The position numbers and the translations under genes were made by a program. The notes below the pieces were generated by a model. The model was not told where the DNA came from. It was given only the letters and a program-made list of their open reading frames with translations, and made no database searches. DNA of 64,000 bases from positions 1,088,001 to 1,152,000 of the forward strand of contig OZ223236.1 in the NCBI GenBank assembly GCA_965140445.1. Reading direction: 5' to 3'. Origin of the DNA: Candidatus Ozemobacteraceae bacterium. Its GTDB lineage: Bacteria > Muiribacteriota > Ozemobacteria > Ozemobacterales > Ozemobacteraceae. Positions 26,922 to 36,864 of this stretch are shown here, in pieces. Position 1 is the stretch's first letter; each line of letters starts with the position of its first letter.

Positions 26922-27902
26922 ATGCTTAGAGGGAAAACAATATTGGTCACTGGTGGAACAGGATCTTTCGGTAAGGCTTTTGTAAAGCTTGCTTTAAAAG
27001 AGTTTGAGCCGGAAAAGATTATAATTTACTCCCGGGACGAATTTAAACAGTATGAAATGGCCAAAAAATTTACCTCTGATAAGCTTCGATTTTTTATTGG
27101 TGATGTGAGAGATCCAAACCGGCTTAAAAGGGCTTTAAATAATGTTGATATAGTCGTGCATGCTGCGGCTATGAAGCATGTTACAGCGTCAGAATATAAT
27201 CCCTTCGAAGCAGTGCAAACCAATATTATGGGTGCTCAAAATCTCGTTAATGCAGCTATTGATCTTGGTGTTAAACGTGTAATTGCATTAAGCACAGATA
27301 AAGCGTGCAATCCTGTGAATCTATATGGAGCCACCAAGCTTTGTTCTGATAAACTTTTTATTGCCGCAAATGCATATGTAGGTAAGCAGCCAACCAGATT
27401 TTCCGTTGTCAGATATGGCAATGTTATCGGTAGCCGGGGAAGCGTGATTCCACTTTTCAAAGAATTGGCCGCTTCCGGCAAACTTCCCATAACGGATGAG
27501 CGCATGACTCGCTTTTGGATCACACTTCCTGCAGCTGTAAGGTTTGTTGTGGATTCAATAAAAATAATGCAGGGCGGAGAGCTTTTTATTCCAAAGATTC
27601 CGAGTATGAAAATTTCTGATCTGGCAGAGGCAATTGCACCTGGATGCAGCAAACCTGTTATTGGCATTAGGCCTGGTGAAAAACTCCATGAAATGATGAT
27701 TTCCAGAGATGATTCGCGAAATCTTTTTGAAATGAAAGACAGATATATTAAAATGCCAGATTTCCCATTTTGGAAGGTTTCAAAGCCAAAGGGAGCAAAG
27801 GTTGTTAAAGAAGGGTTTGAATACTCAAGCGATACCAATAACGACTGGTTAAATGTTAATGATTTACGTGAACTGTTAGACCAGGAGGGGGTTATCGAGT
27901 GA
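26922..27902 (+). CDS. pseB: UDP-GlcNAc 4,6-dehydratase (inverting)
   Basis: GGTGSFG, SRDEFKQ, LSTDKA.NPVNLYGATK, RYGNV.GSRGS, MTRFWI. Confidence 0.95.
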   Translation: MLRGKTILVTGGTGSFGKAFVKLALKEFEPEKIIIYSRDEFKQYEMAKKFTSDKLRFFIGDVRDPNRLKRALNNVDIVVHAAAMKHVTASEYNPFEAVQTNIMGAQNLVNAAIDLGVKRVIALSTDKACNPVNLYGATKLCSDKLFIAANAYVGKQPTRFSVVRYGNVIGSRGSVIPLFKELAASGKLPITDERMTRFWITLPAAVRFVVDSIKIMQGGELFIPKIPSMKISDLAEAIAPGCSKPVIGIRPGEKLHEMMISRDDSRNLFEMKDRYIKMPDFPFWKVSKPKGAKVVKEGFEYSSDTNNDWLNVNDLRELLDQEGVIE

Positions 27903-29104
27903 AATTCCTCCCTTATGGCTGTCAGGACATAAATGAATCTGATATTGATTCAGTTGTTAAAGTTTTAAAATCGGATTTCTTAACCCAAGGCCCTGCTATC
28001 GGGCGCTTTGAGTCCATAATGTGCGAAAAAACCGGAGCAAGGTTCGCTACTGCATGCAGCAATGGCACGGCAGCTTTACATCTTGCTATGCTGGCTGCTG
28101 GTATTACCCATGGAGATCGAGTGCTCGTATCTCCAGTAACCTTTGTTGCCAGTGCAAATTGTGCAAGATATTGCGGGGCATCTGTAGAATTTGCTGATAT
28201 TGATTCAGATAGCTGCAATATTTCTCCGGCAGAATGCCGGCTTATTCTTGCAAAGGCTCGCGAGGAAGGTCGTCCATTTCGAGCTATTGTCACCGTGGAT
28301 CTTGCAGGAAAACCCTGTGACATGGAAGCTTTTGCAGAAATAAAGAAGGAATTTAATCTGGTATGGATTCAGGATGCCTGTCATTCCATTGGAGCTACCT
28401 GGCGCGATAGATCCGGTAAGTCCTGGAAAACTGGCGAATGGAATGTTCCAGATATGACAGTTTACAGCTTTCACCCTGTTAAGCATATAACTACTGGAGA
28501 AGGGGGAATGATAACGACTCATTCCGAAAAACTTTCCAGAGACTTGAAGCTTTTCAGGACACATGGGATTACTAAGGAAAATGATAAGTTTATTTTTCCT
28601 GAAGAGGCTTTCTCAGACGGATCAGAGCCAAATCCCTGGTATTATGAAATGCAGGTTCTCGGATATAATTACCGACTTTCTGATTTCCAGGCAGCTCTTG
28701 GAACCTCCCAACTTGAAAGATTAGATTCATATGTGAAACGTCGACAGGAAATTGCCAGGCTCTATGATGCTGGCTTCAAAGGAGAGAGATTAATAAAAAC
28801 TCCATTTATTTCAAGTGAGTTTTTAAGTTCCTACCATCTGTACGTTCTTAGAATCGACTTTGCAGGAGCGGGAAAAAATAGAGCCAAAGTTATGCGAGAA
28901 CTGCGAGAAAAAGGGATTGGGACACAGGTTCATTATATTCCAGTTCCAATGATGCCTTACTACGCCGGAACCAGCTCTATGCGAGAACTACCCAATTCGT
29001 TAGCCTATTACCGGGAAGCCCTTTCTATTCCATGCTACCCCAGGCTGAATGATGAAGATATAGAACGGGTTGTTTGTTCTGTAAAGGATGTAGTCAATGG
29101 CTGA
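27899..29104 (+). CDS. pseC: UDP-4-amino-4,6-dideoxy-AltNAc transaminase
   Basis: LPYG.Q, FLTQGP, SFHPVKHITTGEGG (PLP Lys), PWYYEMQ.LGYNYR, QVHYIP; follows pseB. Confidence 0.92.
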   Translation: MKFLPYGCQDINESDIDSVVKVLKSDFLTQGPAIGRFESIMCEKTGARFATACSNGTAALHLAMLAAGITHGDRVLVSPVTFVASANCARYCGASVEFADIDSDSCNISPAECRLILAKAREEGRPFRAIVTVDLAGKPCDMEAFAEIKKEFNLVWIQDACHSIGATWRDRSGKSWKTGEWNVPDMTVYSFHPVKHITTGEGGMITTHSEKLSRDLKLFRTHGITKENDKFIFPEEAFSDGSEPNPWYYEMQVLGYNYRLSDFQAALGTSQLERLDSYVKRRQEIARLYDAGFKGERLIKTPFISSEFLSSYHLYVLRIDFAGAGKNRAKVMRELREKGIGTQVHYIPVPMMPYYAGTSSMRELPNSLAYYREALSIPCYPRLNDEDIERVVCSVKDVVNG

Positions 29105-29867
29105 CATTGTTAAAAATCAGGTCATTATTCAGGCAAGAATGGGCTCAACCAGATTGCCCGGAAAAGTTCTTATGGAGGTTGGCGGCGATTCGGTGCTGGG
29201 GCATGTTGTGAGAAGATCTGCATCTGCTTCATTCGTTAATCGTGTAGTGGTTGCTACAAGCGAGCTTGCTCAGGACGATCTGATTGAACAATGGTGCAAG
29301 AATCGTGGGGTAAATTGTTTTCGAGGTAGTTCAGAGGATGTTCTGGTTAGATATGTGGATGCTTTGTCCGAATTTCCCTCTGAGAGAATTATAAGAATTA
29401 CAGCGGACTGCCCACTTGTAGATCCTGGAATTATAGATTCAATGATTCGTCTTCATCAGAACAATCAGTTGGATTACGCTTCAAATGTAATTAAGCGAAC
29501 TTTTCCAGTGGGTTTTGATACTGAGGTTGTTTCTTGCGATGCTTTAAAAAGAGTGAATAAGGAAGCTACTGAAAAGCATCATAGGGAGCACGTTACTCTT
29601 TATATCAGAGATAATGTTGAAAAATTTAAAACCCGCAATCTGGAATTTGGCCTTAGACTCCCTGAATTAAGATTAACTCTGGATCGTTCCGAAGATTTTG
29701 CAGCGATTAAAACTCTGGCCAGTTATTTGGAAGGCGGAATAAAACTGCATTCTATCTATAAATTTGTTCAAATTCTTTGTGACCATCCTGAAATTATTGA
29801 AATTAATAATTCCGCTGATTTAGAGCCCATGACCAGGGTATTGGCAGAATATAGTAAGAAATTTTAA
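29097..29867 (+). CDS. SpsF/PseF-type acylneuraminate cytidylyltransferase
   Basis: IQARMGSTRLPGKVL, RITADCPL, REHVT. Confidence 0.88.
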   Translation: MADIVKNQVIIQARMGSTRLPGKVLMEVGGDSVLGHVVRRSASASFVNRVVVATSELAQDDLIEQWCKNRGVNCFRGSSEDVLVRYVDALSEFPSERIIRITADCPLVDPGIIDSMIRLHQNNQLDYASNVIKRTFPVGFDTEVVSCDALKRVNKEATEKHHREHVTLYIRDNVEKFKTRNLEFGLRLPELRLTLDRSEDFAAIKTLASYLEGGIKLHSIYKFVQILCDHPEIIEINNSADLEPMTRVLAEYSKKF

Positions 29868-31123
29868 TGACGATAAAACTTGGCAAAAAAGGGCTTATTT
29901 GCACAAGAACAGCACTCTTTCGGATGGATGCTGGGCCTGGCATTGGAATGGGGCATTATATGAGATGCCGGACAATTGCTCTTGAGCTGATTAAACAAAA
30001 TTGGATAGTTTACTTTGCTGGTTACGGACTTCCTGCTTCAAATACTCCATACAGAGCACATGGGAACAAAATAAATTACATAAATTTAGAATCAGAAGAA
30101 TTGGGAAGCAGGGAAATGCATTGCTTCATGGCTTTGATTGGTAATAGATTTGCTTTTAAAGTCGATCTTGTCGTAGTTGATTCGTATTATTTTTCAAGAG
30201 ACGATTTCGCCAACCTTTTGCGTTTTATGCAAGAAACTCCGATCATGGTAATTGATGATCTTGCGACCCGGGATACTCCAGCAAACATTGTTGTAAATCC
30301 AAATCCACTATTTGATCCACACCCTTACAAGAGACAGTCCATTCCAAACATTCTGTGTGGATCGGACTATACAATCATCAGGCCAGAAATCAGAGCTCTT
30401 CGCGAACGAAGGTATGATCCCGATGGATATCTAATGGTTACTTTGGGTGGTGGAGACGTTTCTGGGCCGTTAATAAAAATTCTTGAGGCCATTCCTGAAG
30501 ATTTTCCTAAAAGGATTTGTGTTTCTGTTTCACCAAGCTGCAACTTGAATGAAATTGAAAAGTGGGTTGCTAAAAAGCCGGATATGAGATTCATCAATGA
30601 TGACTCGGACAGCTTTCCAGATTTATTGGCTGCTTCTTCTATAGCAATTACGGGAGGGGGCACAACCTTATGGGAGACATACTGTCTGGGGATTCCATGT
30701 TTGACAGTGGTTTGGGTTGATAATCAAAGCCATACAACTAATATTATTAAAGAGCAGGCGACCGGATTCTTGCTGGACATAATTTCTCATATAAATGTTG
30801 AATTTAAATCAGAAACACTGGAAAACGGTATTAAAGCTCTTGAAAGCTCAAGAGGCTCATCGCATAGTTTTAGAAGTTCTCATGAGGAAGGCTCACGGAT
30901 TTCAGAAATAGTAACCAGAAGACAAACAGGACTTATTACCGATAGAATTGAAAGCATTGATACAGATTTTATTAGTAACGCTATTGCGAAATTATCTGAG
31001 AACTCTGATTTTTTGAACGAGATGGTAGCCAGGCAAAGGCAACTGATTGATGGAGCCGGTGTCGATAGAATTATTGATGCTATTGAGCACATGAATAAAG
31101 ATGATGTGCCACTTTTTTTCTAG
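29867..31123 (+). CDS. pseG: PseG/SpsG-like UDP-sugar hydrolase
   Basis: IGMGHYMRC, VVDSY, IDD, TLGGGD, GGTTLWE, DNQ, DGAGV.RI. Confidence 0.82.
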   Translation: MTIKLGKKGLICTRTALFRMDAGPGIGMGHYMRCRTIALELIKQNWIVYFAGYGLPASNTPYRAHGNKINYINLESEELGSREMHCFMALIGNRFAFKVDLVVVDSYYFSRDDFANLLRFMQETPIMVIDDLATRDTPANIVVNPNPLFDPHPYKRQSIPNILCGSDYTIIRPEIRALRERRYDPDGYLMVTLGGGDVSGPLIKILEAIPEDFPKRICVSVSPSCNLNEIEKWVAKKPDMRFINDDSDSFPDLLAASSIAITGGGTTLWETYCLGIPCLTVVWVDNQSHTTNIIKEQATGFLLDIISHINVEFKSETLENGIKALESSRGSSHSFRSSHEEGSRISEIVTRRQTGLITDRIESIDTDFISNAIAKLSENSDFLNEMVARQRQLIDGAGVDRIIDAIEHMNKDDVPLFF

Positions 31124-31134
31124 GCGGAGGGAAA

Positions 31135-32178
31135 ATGAAAATTGGAAAATATATGATCGGCAAAAACCAACCCTGCTTCATTATTGCAGAAGCTGGTAGT
31201 AATCATAATCGAGACTTTGATACGGCACTAAAACTTGTAGATGCAGCTGTTGAGGCAGGAGCGGATGCGGTTAAATTTCAGATATTTTCTGCAGAGGCCA
31301 TATACTCAAAAAAAACGCCTATGGCAACTTATCTCAAAGACAAAAAGCTTGTTAAAGATGGTGAAACTCTTTGGGACATTATTAAGCGAATCGAGATTCC
31401 TAGGAATTGGACACCTGATTTAAAAAAATACTGTGATGAAAAAGGCATTATTTTTATGTCCACACCTTTTGATCTAAAAGCGGTTGAAGAGCTTGAAGAT
31501 GTAGGAGTGGAAGTTTATAAAGTTGCCAGCTTTGAAATAACCCATCTTCCAATGCTTGAAAAAATTGGAAAAACAGGAAAGCCAATAATTCTTTCGACCG
31601 GAATGGCTAATCTTGAAGACATTGAATGCGCTCTTGCTGCTGTTCGAAAAGGTGGAGATTCTGATGTTGCGCTTTTACATTGCGCCATTGCTTATCCACC
31701 CAAGTTGGAAAATGTAAATTTGAGAGCAATGGATACAATGGCACAGGCCTTTCAGTTGCCAGTTGGTTTTTCAGATCACACAATGGGCCATACCACAGAC
31801 GTAGCCGCGGTCGCGCGCGGAGCCTGTATAATAGAAAAGCACTTTACCCTTAGCCGAAATCAGGAAGGACCAGACCACCCATTCTCTCTTGAGCCTGGGG
31901 AATTAAAGGATATGATCGTAGCTATTCGCGACACTGAAAAGGTGCTTGGAAGTCCGGTTAAAACACATACTGAAGCTGAAAACGAGTTATACAAATTAGC
32001 TAGAAGAAGTTTGGTTGCAGCTAAAGATATCAAAGCAGGAACCGTAATAACTGAAGATATGGTTGCGGTTAAGAGACCGGGGTTTGGAATTCAGGTAAAA
32101 CACCTTGAAATTGTTCTCGGCCGAAAAGCCCAAAGAGACATCGAAGAGGATGATATTCTTACATGGGAAATGATTTAA
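31135..32178 (+). CDS. pseI: pseudaminic acid synthase (NeuB family)
   Basis: IIAEAGSNHN, GADAVKFQ, STPFD, GFSDHT, EKHFTL, SAF domain; pse context. Confidence 0.88.
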   Translation: MKIGKYMIGKNQPCFIIAEAGSNHNRDFDTALKLVDAAVEAGADAVKFQIFSAEAIYSKKTPMATYLKDKKLVKDGETLWDIIKRIEIPRNWTPDLKKYCDEKGIIFMSTPFDLKAVEELEDVGVEVYKVASFEITHLPMLEKIGKTGKPIILSTGMANLEDIECALAAVRKGGDSDVALLHCAIAYPPKLENVNLRAMDTMAQAFQLPVGFSDHTMGHTTDVAAVARGACIIEKHFTLSRNQEGPDHPFSLEPGELKDMIVAIRDTEKVLGSPVKTHTEAENELYKLARRSLVAAKDIKAGTVITEDMVAVKRPGFGIQVKHLEIVLGRKAQRDIEEDDILTWEMI

Positions 32179-32888
32179 CCCTTCGAAGATGGGAAGAAAA
32201 AGACTGCAAACTCCTATATGATTGGAGAAACCACTTAGAGATTCGCAAATGGTCCTTTCAGAACACAGTTTTTCCATACGCTGATCATCAAGAATGGTTT
32301 AATCGATTTATTGTAAATAAAGACAAAATTGGATTAATTCTTGAGTGCAACGGAGTTTCTGCAGGTCAGATAAGATTTGAACTTACAGAATTTAAAGGGG
32401 TTTTAAGAGTCTCCATTTCCATAGCGCCTGAGTTTCTGGGGAAAGGTCTCGGTACAGCTCTTCTCAAACTCGCTTGCAATGATGAAGGCGTTAAACAGCT
32501 TGGAAGCCTTATCGTTGCTGAAACTATGCTGGAAAATGTTCCCTCGCAGAGAATTTTTGAGAAAAGCGCTTTCATAAATTCAGGCCCCGGAATGCATAAT
32601 GATCGTTCCTTCATTTATTGGACAAGATTTATTCGAAAAATAAATGTTTCATGTCTGGTTGACGGAGAAGCCATGCTGAGAGCTAAAGTTGCTGATTTTT
32701 TAATCTCTCACCAAATTGAGATTCTAGATAAAAATGCAGATATAGATTTTTTTGTTGAAAAAAAATCGGGTTCCGACCAACTGATAATAAATTTACTTAA
32801 GCCGTCATTAGACAATTTTACGGATGTCAGTCGCAATCCATTTGTGTTTGCAGCTCAAATAGTGGCACTCTTGATGCAAGAAAAATGA
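32163..32888 (+). CDS. PseH-like GNAT N-acetyltransferase
   Basis: LYDWRNH.EIRKWS, HQEWF, GKGLG, N..S..IFEK; pse context. Confidence 0.78.
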   Translation: MGNDLTLRRWEEKDCKLLYDWRNHLEIRKWSFQNTVFPYADHQEWFNRFIVNKDKIGLILECNGVSAGQIRFELTEFKGVLRVSISIAPEFLGKGLGTALLKLACNDEGVKQLGSLIVAETMLENVPSQRIFEKSAFINSGPGMHNDRSFIYWTRFIRKINVSCLVDGEAMLRAKVADFLISHQIEILDKNADIDFFVEKKSGSDQLIINLLKPSLDNFTDVSRNPFVFAAQIVALLMQEK

Positions 32889-32906
32889 TGATTTATCATT
32901 GAGATT

Positions 32907-32914
32907 GCCGATAC
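32907..32914 (+). promoter_or_regulatory. candidate sigma28 -10 element for second maf
   Basis: GCCGATAC about 50 nt upstream of the ATG. Confidence 0.45.
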
Positions 32915-32965
32915 TAGTTATGTTAAATATCAAAAAACATAAAACGAAAAGGTAATACAATTCCG

Positions 32966-34900
32966 ATGAAATCCTCTTTTTATGCAAAAAACATGAAGGT
33001 TCTTCGCAAACGCATGCCAGTGTTTGCTCGAGCTATAGAAAATGCCGGAAGTTTTCCAAAAGATTGTGAATACATAATCGAAAGTGCTAAAAATAGTTCT
33101 CCAACCTTAGCGATAAAAAAAGATGACAAGGTTTTTCAGGTTCATAGTAAATATAACCCCCAAAGAGAAGCCAAACAGCAGGTTGAAAATAGTAAATTTA
33201 AAAATCCCAGACTACTTCTGATTCTTGGTCTTGGTCTTGGGTATCATATCAGAGCATGTCTTGAGGAATTGAAGGACAATAATTTATTTATTATTGTTAT
33301 AGAAAAAGATGTTCATGCCCTCAAGGCGGCAGTTGAAAATGCTGATCTAACAGATCTGTTTTCGTCTAACAAAATTCGCTGGGTTATTGGTGTCCCACAA
33401 GATGAAGGATATGCTGTATTAAACGACATGCTTAAGCAAGCTGGAATCGCGATGCAGCTATTTTTAAAGACATTGGTTATTTTTGATCATCCTGTTATTG
33501 ATAAAGTGCATGGTGATTACCACCGCCACATGGCAAGATGCTTCAGGGAAGCTGCGCATGCAATTATTTTTAACTATGGAAACTGCCCTGAAGATTCGAT
33601 GATTGGTGTCAAAAATATCATGAGAAATCTGGCAACCATCATGAAAAACCCCGGCGTAAAAGACCTTGAAGGATCTATGAAGGGAATACCTGGAATAATT
33701 GTTTCGACGGGACCTTCACTCGATAAAAATATTGAGTTCTTAAAGCAGGCCGAGGGCAAGGCAGTAATGATTTGCGCCGATTCAGCCTTGAAAATCCTTT
33801 ATGAACACGGCATTAAACCCACAGCTGCGGCAAGTCTTGAACGAATTATGCATGTTGCTACCATGTTTAAACAGGTTCCAGATGATTTCAAAGAAGATAT
33901 TTACCTGGCAGGAACGCCAGTTATCATGAAAGAATCTTATGAAGCATGGAATGGCCCAACATTTATTACATACCGAGCTTTCGCTCATTTCGAATGGATT
34001 GATATACCCAAAGGAACCCTGAATGTTGGTCCTTCATGTTCAAATATGGCTTTCAAAATTCTGGAAACCATGGGCTGTAATCCTATTATCCTGGTAGGAC
34101 AGGATTGTGCATTTGAAAGCGCAGAAAAAACTCATGCATCCAGTGCGCCAAGCGTAACCAGACTTGATGTTAAAGAAAAAGATTTGATTAAAGTTAAGGG
34201 AAATTATGCAGACTGGGTTTATACCAATAATATCTTTAACCTTTTCAGGAAAAGCTTTGTTACAGATGTGGCTCAATGGCATGGGAAATGTATTAACTCA
34301 ACCGCTGGCGGAGCATTTATCGAAGGCACTGAACTGATGCCGCTTGATAAGGCAATCGAAAAATATTGTACCAGAGAAATTGATGTTAAAGCTATTATGA
34401 AAAGGGCGCTTCATTATCCAACAGAAGAAGAAATAAGAAGAGAATATCGCAAATTCAGAAGAATTATTCTTGATACTCAAAAAGAGGTCGAGGGTGTTAT
34501 TGAATATTGTGATAAAGGTGCGAAGATGGTTGATGAATTTGAAGATCGGCTCGAAAAAGAAGGCTTTTCAAAAATTGAAGACTTTCTCGAAAGATTCCCT
34601 GACCCGGATCTTGATGAAATTCACGCTGAAATGACCCGTGCCAGAAGCAAGATTATTACCTTCGGAAAATACTTTAACCTCTATCTGATGCATATTGTGC
34701 AGATGATTATTGTTAAGTTTGAAATGGATTTTAATGAGTTACCAACTTTATGCGATGACATGAAACGATGCAAACTTCAGTCTATAAGGCTTATGAAACG
34801 TTGGTTCCCAACGGTTGGCGATGTTTGTCGACTTTCGTTAAAACTATTAGTCGATGCGTATGAAGATCTTGAAACTGAATTTGGAGCTTTATTAAAATAA
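32966..34900 (+). CDS. second Maf-family flagellin glycosyltransferase
   Basis: HSKYNP, LGLGLGY, IVSTGPSLDKN, LVGQDCAF, INSTAGGA. Confidence 0.9.
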   Translation: MKSSFYAKNMKVLRKRMPVFARAIENAGSFPKDCEYIIESAKNSSPTLAIKKDDKVFQVHSKYNPQREAKQQVENSKFKNPRLLLILGLGLGYHIRACLEELKDNNLFIIVIEKDVHALKAAVENADLTDLFSSNKIRWVIGVPQDEGYAVLNDMLKQAGIAMQLFLKTLVIFDHPVIDKVHGDYHRHMARCFREAAHAIIFNYGNCPEDSMIGVKNIMRNLATIMKNPGVKDLEGSMKGIPGIIVSTGPSLDKNIEFLKQAEGKAVMICADSALKILYEHGIKPTAAASLERIMHVATMFKQVPDDFKEDIYLAGTPVIMKESYEAWNGPTFITYRAFAHFEWIDIPKGTLNVGPSCSNMAFKILETMGCNPIILVGQDCAFESAEKTHASSAPSVTRLDVKEKDLIKVKGNYADWVYTNNIFNLFRKSFVTDVAQWHGKCINSTAGGAFIEGTELMPLDKAIEKYCTREIDVKAIMKRALHYPTEEEIRREYRKFRRIILDTQKEVEGVIEYCDKGAKMVDEFEDRLEKEGFSKIEDFLERFPDPDLDEIHAEMTRARSKIITFGKYFNLYLMHIVQMIIVKFEMDFNELPTLCDDMKRCKLQSIRLMKRWFPTVGDVCRLSLKLLVDAYEDLETEFGALLK

Positions 34901-34911
34901 ATAGCACTCGC

Positions 34912-34948
34912 AAAAGGGCTACCCAAATTACTGGGTGGCCCTTTTTTT
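34912..34948 (+). terminator. intrinsic terminator
   Basis: AAAAGGGCTACCCA-loop-TGGGTGGCCCTTTTTTT. Confidence 0.9.
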
Positions 34949-34989
34949 ATTTACTTAAGTGAAGAGTCTCTTTGTGATATAATTCGCTA

Positions 34990-35244
34990 ATGAAAAATGA
35001 CCGTTTTATAAATTACACTCTCGGCGGCGATGAATGGATTCCTCGCTTTATTAAAGGAATTGATCCCAAAAAGTGTTCAAAATGTGCTTTTTGTACCAAG
35101 GTTTGCCCCGCAGGAGTGTTTGTTAGAACTGTCACTGCTGCAATAAAACCTCTCAATAAGGGAAAATGCATCGGATGTGGTTGCTGTGAGCGTCTTTGCA
35201 AAGACGAAGCTATCACCTGCGCCCCTTTTGAAGAACATAAATAG
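34990..35244 (+). CDS. 2x[4Fe-4S] ferredoxin (FdxB/ferredoxin-III-like N-terminus)
   Basis: CSKCAFCTKVCP and CIGCGCCERLC motifs; TLGGDEWIPRFI..ID leader. Confidence 0.88.
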   Translation: MKNDRFINYTLGGDEWIPRFIKGIDPKKCSKCAFCTKVCPAGVFVRTVTAAIKPLNKGKCIGCGCCERLCKDEAITCAPFEEHK

Positions 35245-35277
35245 AAAATTCGCTTATAAATAGGAAGGAATGAAGAT

Positions 35278-36798
35278 ATGATAACTCTAACTGGAAGTAG
35301 TCTTACCCTGGATCAGCTTGCTCAAATAGCTTCTGGAGAAAAAGTTCAGATTTGTTCTGAAGCAATCTCAAGAGTTAATGCTTCCAGAAGTATTGTCGAA
35401 AAACTTATAGAAGAAAATAGGGTCGTCTACGGCATTACTACCGGATTTGGCCATTTGTGCAATACAAGGATCAACCGAGAAGATCTCGAAAGACTTCAGA
35501 CTAATCTTATTCGAAGCCACGCAACCGGGGTGGGGGAATTCTTTTCCCGTGCAGATGTAAAAGCAATGATTGCTATTCGCGTCAACTCTTTGCTTCACGG
35601 CGTTAGTGGAGTAAGGGTTGAAGTCATTCAAGGCCTGATCGATCTGATTAACAATGATGTAATTCCAGCTGTGCCACAACAGGGCTCAGTAGGATGCTCA
35701 GGAGATCTTGCTCCACTTTCTCATATTATGCTTGTTCTGATGGGTGAAGGCGAAATCCTGGGCTCCACAAGACACGAAAGCTTTCCTGCGCTTCCTGCTC
35801 TTGAAAAGGCTGGTTTAGCACCAATTCAATTGCATGCAAAAGAAGGCTTGGCCTTAATCAATGGAACATCAGTGATGACAGGCGTTCTTGCGCTTTCTCT
35901 TCACAGAGCTCTTCACGTTTCAAAATCTGCTGACATCATTGCCAGTATGACGCTGGAGATGGTAAAAGGCTCCACAAATCCTTTTGATCCTGATTTCATA
36001 GCCCTGAGACCATACCCCGGAATGAAACAGTCGGCAGCAAACGTTCTATCTTGTATCCTTGACAGCGAAGTGCGGAAAAGCCATATCGGATGTACTAAAG
36101 TTCAAGACGCTTATAGCCTTCGATGTATTCCCCAGGTTCATGGTGCAACCAGAGAAAACCTGAATCACCTGGTTGATCAGGTAACTATCGAAATAAACTC
36201 CGTCACCGACAATCCAATCATTCTTTCAGAAGATAAAATCATTTCTGGCGGCCACTTTCATGGACAGCCAATGGCTTTTGCTGCTGACTTTCTTGGTATC
36301 GCAGTAGCAGAGCTGGCCAACATAAGCGAAAGACGTATTGATAGACTTCTCAACCCATTGATTAACGAAACGAAGCCATTTCTTTCTCATAATCCTGGAG
36401 TTAACTCTGGACTTATGATTATTCAATATACGGCAGCTTCACTGGTCAGTGAGAATAAGATTCTTGCTCACCCTGCATCAGTAGACTCAATTCCAACTTC
36501 TGCATATCAGGAAGACCACGTGAGTATGGGAACTATTGCCGCGAGAAAGGGTGCTAAGATACTTGAGCATACTGCCCAGGTTCTTGCTATTGAGTGGGTT
36601 AGTGCTGCTCAGGCTTACGAATTTGTTAAGCCCTTAAAGCTTGGTTCTGGAACCCAGCAGGCTTACGACCTACTTCGCGAAGTGGTTGCTCCACTTGAAG
36701 AAGATAGAATTTTGGCCCCGGATCTTAGAGTTGCTAAAGATCTACTCTGGGAAGGAAAACTTCTTGAAAGTGTTAGCCAGGCGGTTAAAATCGTATAG
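35278..36798 (+). CDS. hutH: histidine ammonia-lyase
   Basis: YGITTGFG, NLIRSHA, GSVGCSGDL, KEGLALINGT, QDAYSLRC, QEDHVSMG. Confidence 0.95.
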   Translation: MITLTGSSLTLDQLAQIASGEKVQICSEAISRVNASRSIVEKLIEENRVVYGITTGFGHLCNTRINREDLERLQTNLIRSHATGVGEFFSRADVKAMIAIRVNSLLHGVSGVRVEVIQGLIDLINNDVIPAVPQQGSVGCSGDLAPLSHIMLVLMGEGEILGSTRHESFPALPALEKAGLAPIQLHAKEGLALINGTSVMTGVLALSLHRALHVSKSADIIASMTLEMVKGSTNPFDPDFIALRPYPGMKQSAANVLSCILDSEVRKSHIGCTKVQDAYSLRCIPQVHGATRENLNHLVDQVTIEINSVTDNPIILSEDKIISGGHFHGQPMAFAADFLGIAVAELANISERRIDRLLNPLINETKPFLSHNPGVNSGLMIIQYTAASLVSENKILAHPASVDSIPTSAYQEDHVSMGTIAARKGAKILEHTAQVLAIEWVSAAQAYEFVKPLKLGSGTQQAYDLLREVVAPLEEDRILAPDLRVAKDLLWEGKLLESVSQAVKIV

Positions 36799-36864
36799 TT
36801 TTTTGGCTTGTGTTCTGAATTTTGGATTTGCCAGGTGAAATAAACAAAGTTAAGGAGAAATCAG

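Noticed and set aside
27236..27838. 200-aa antisense ORF and the many other short overlapping ORFs in the track
   Set aside because: They lie antisense to or within well-conserved genes and lack motifs or SD sequences.
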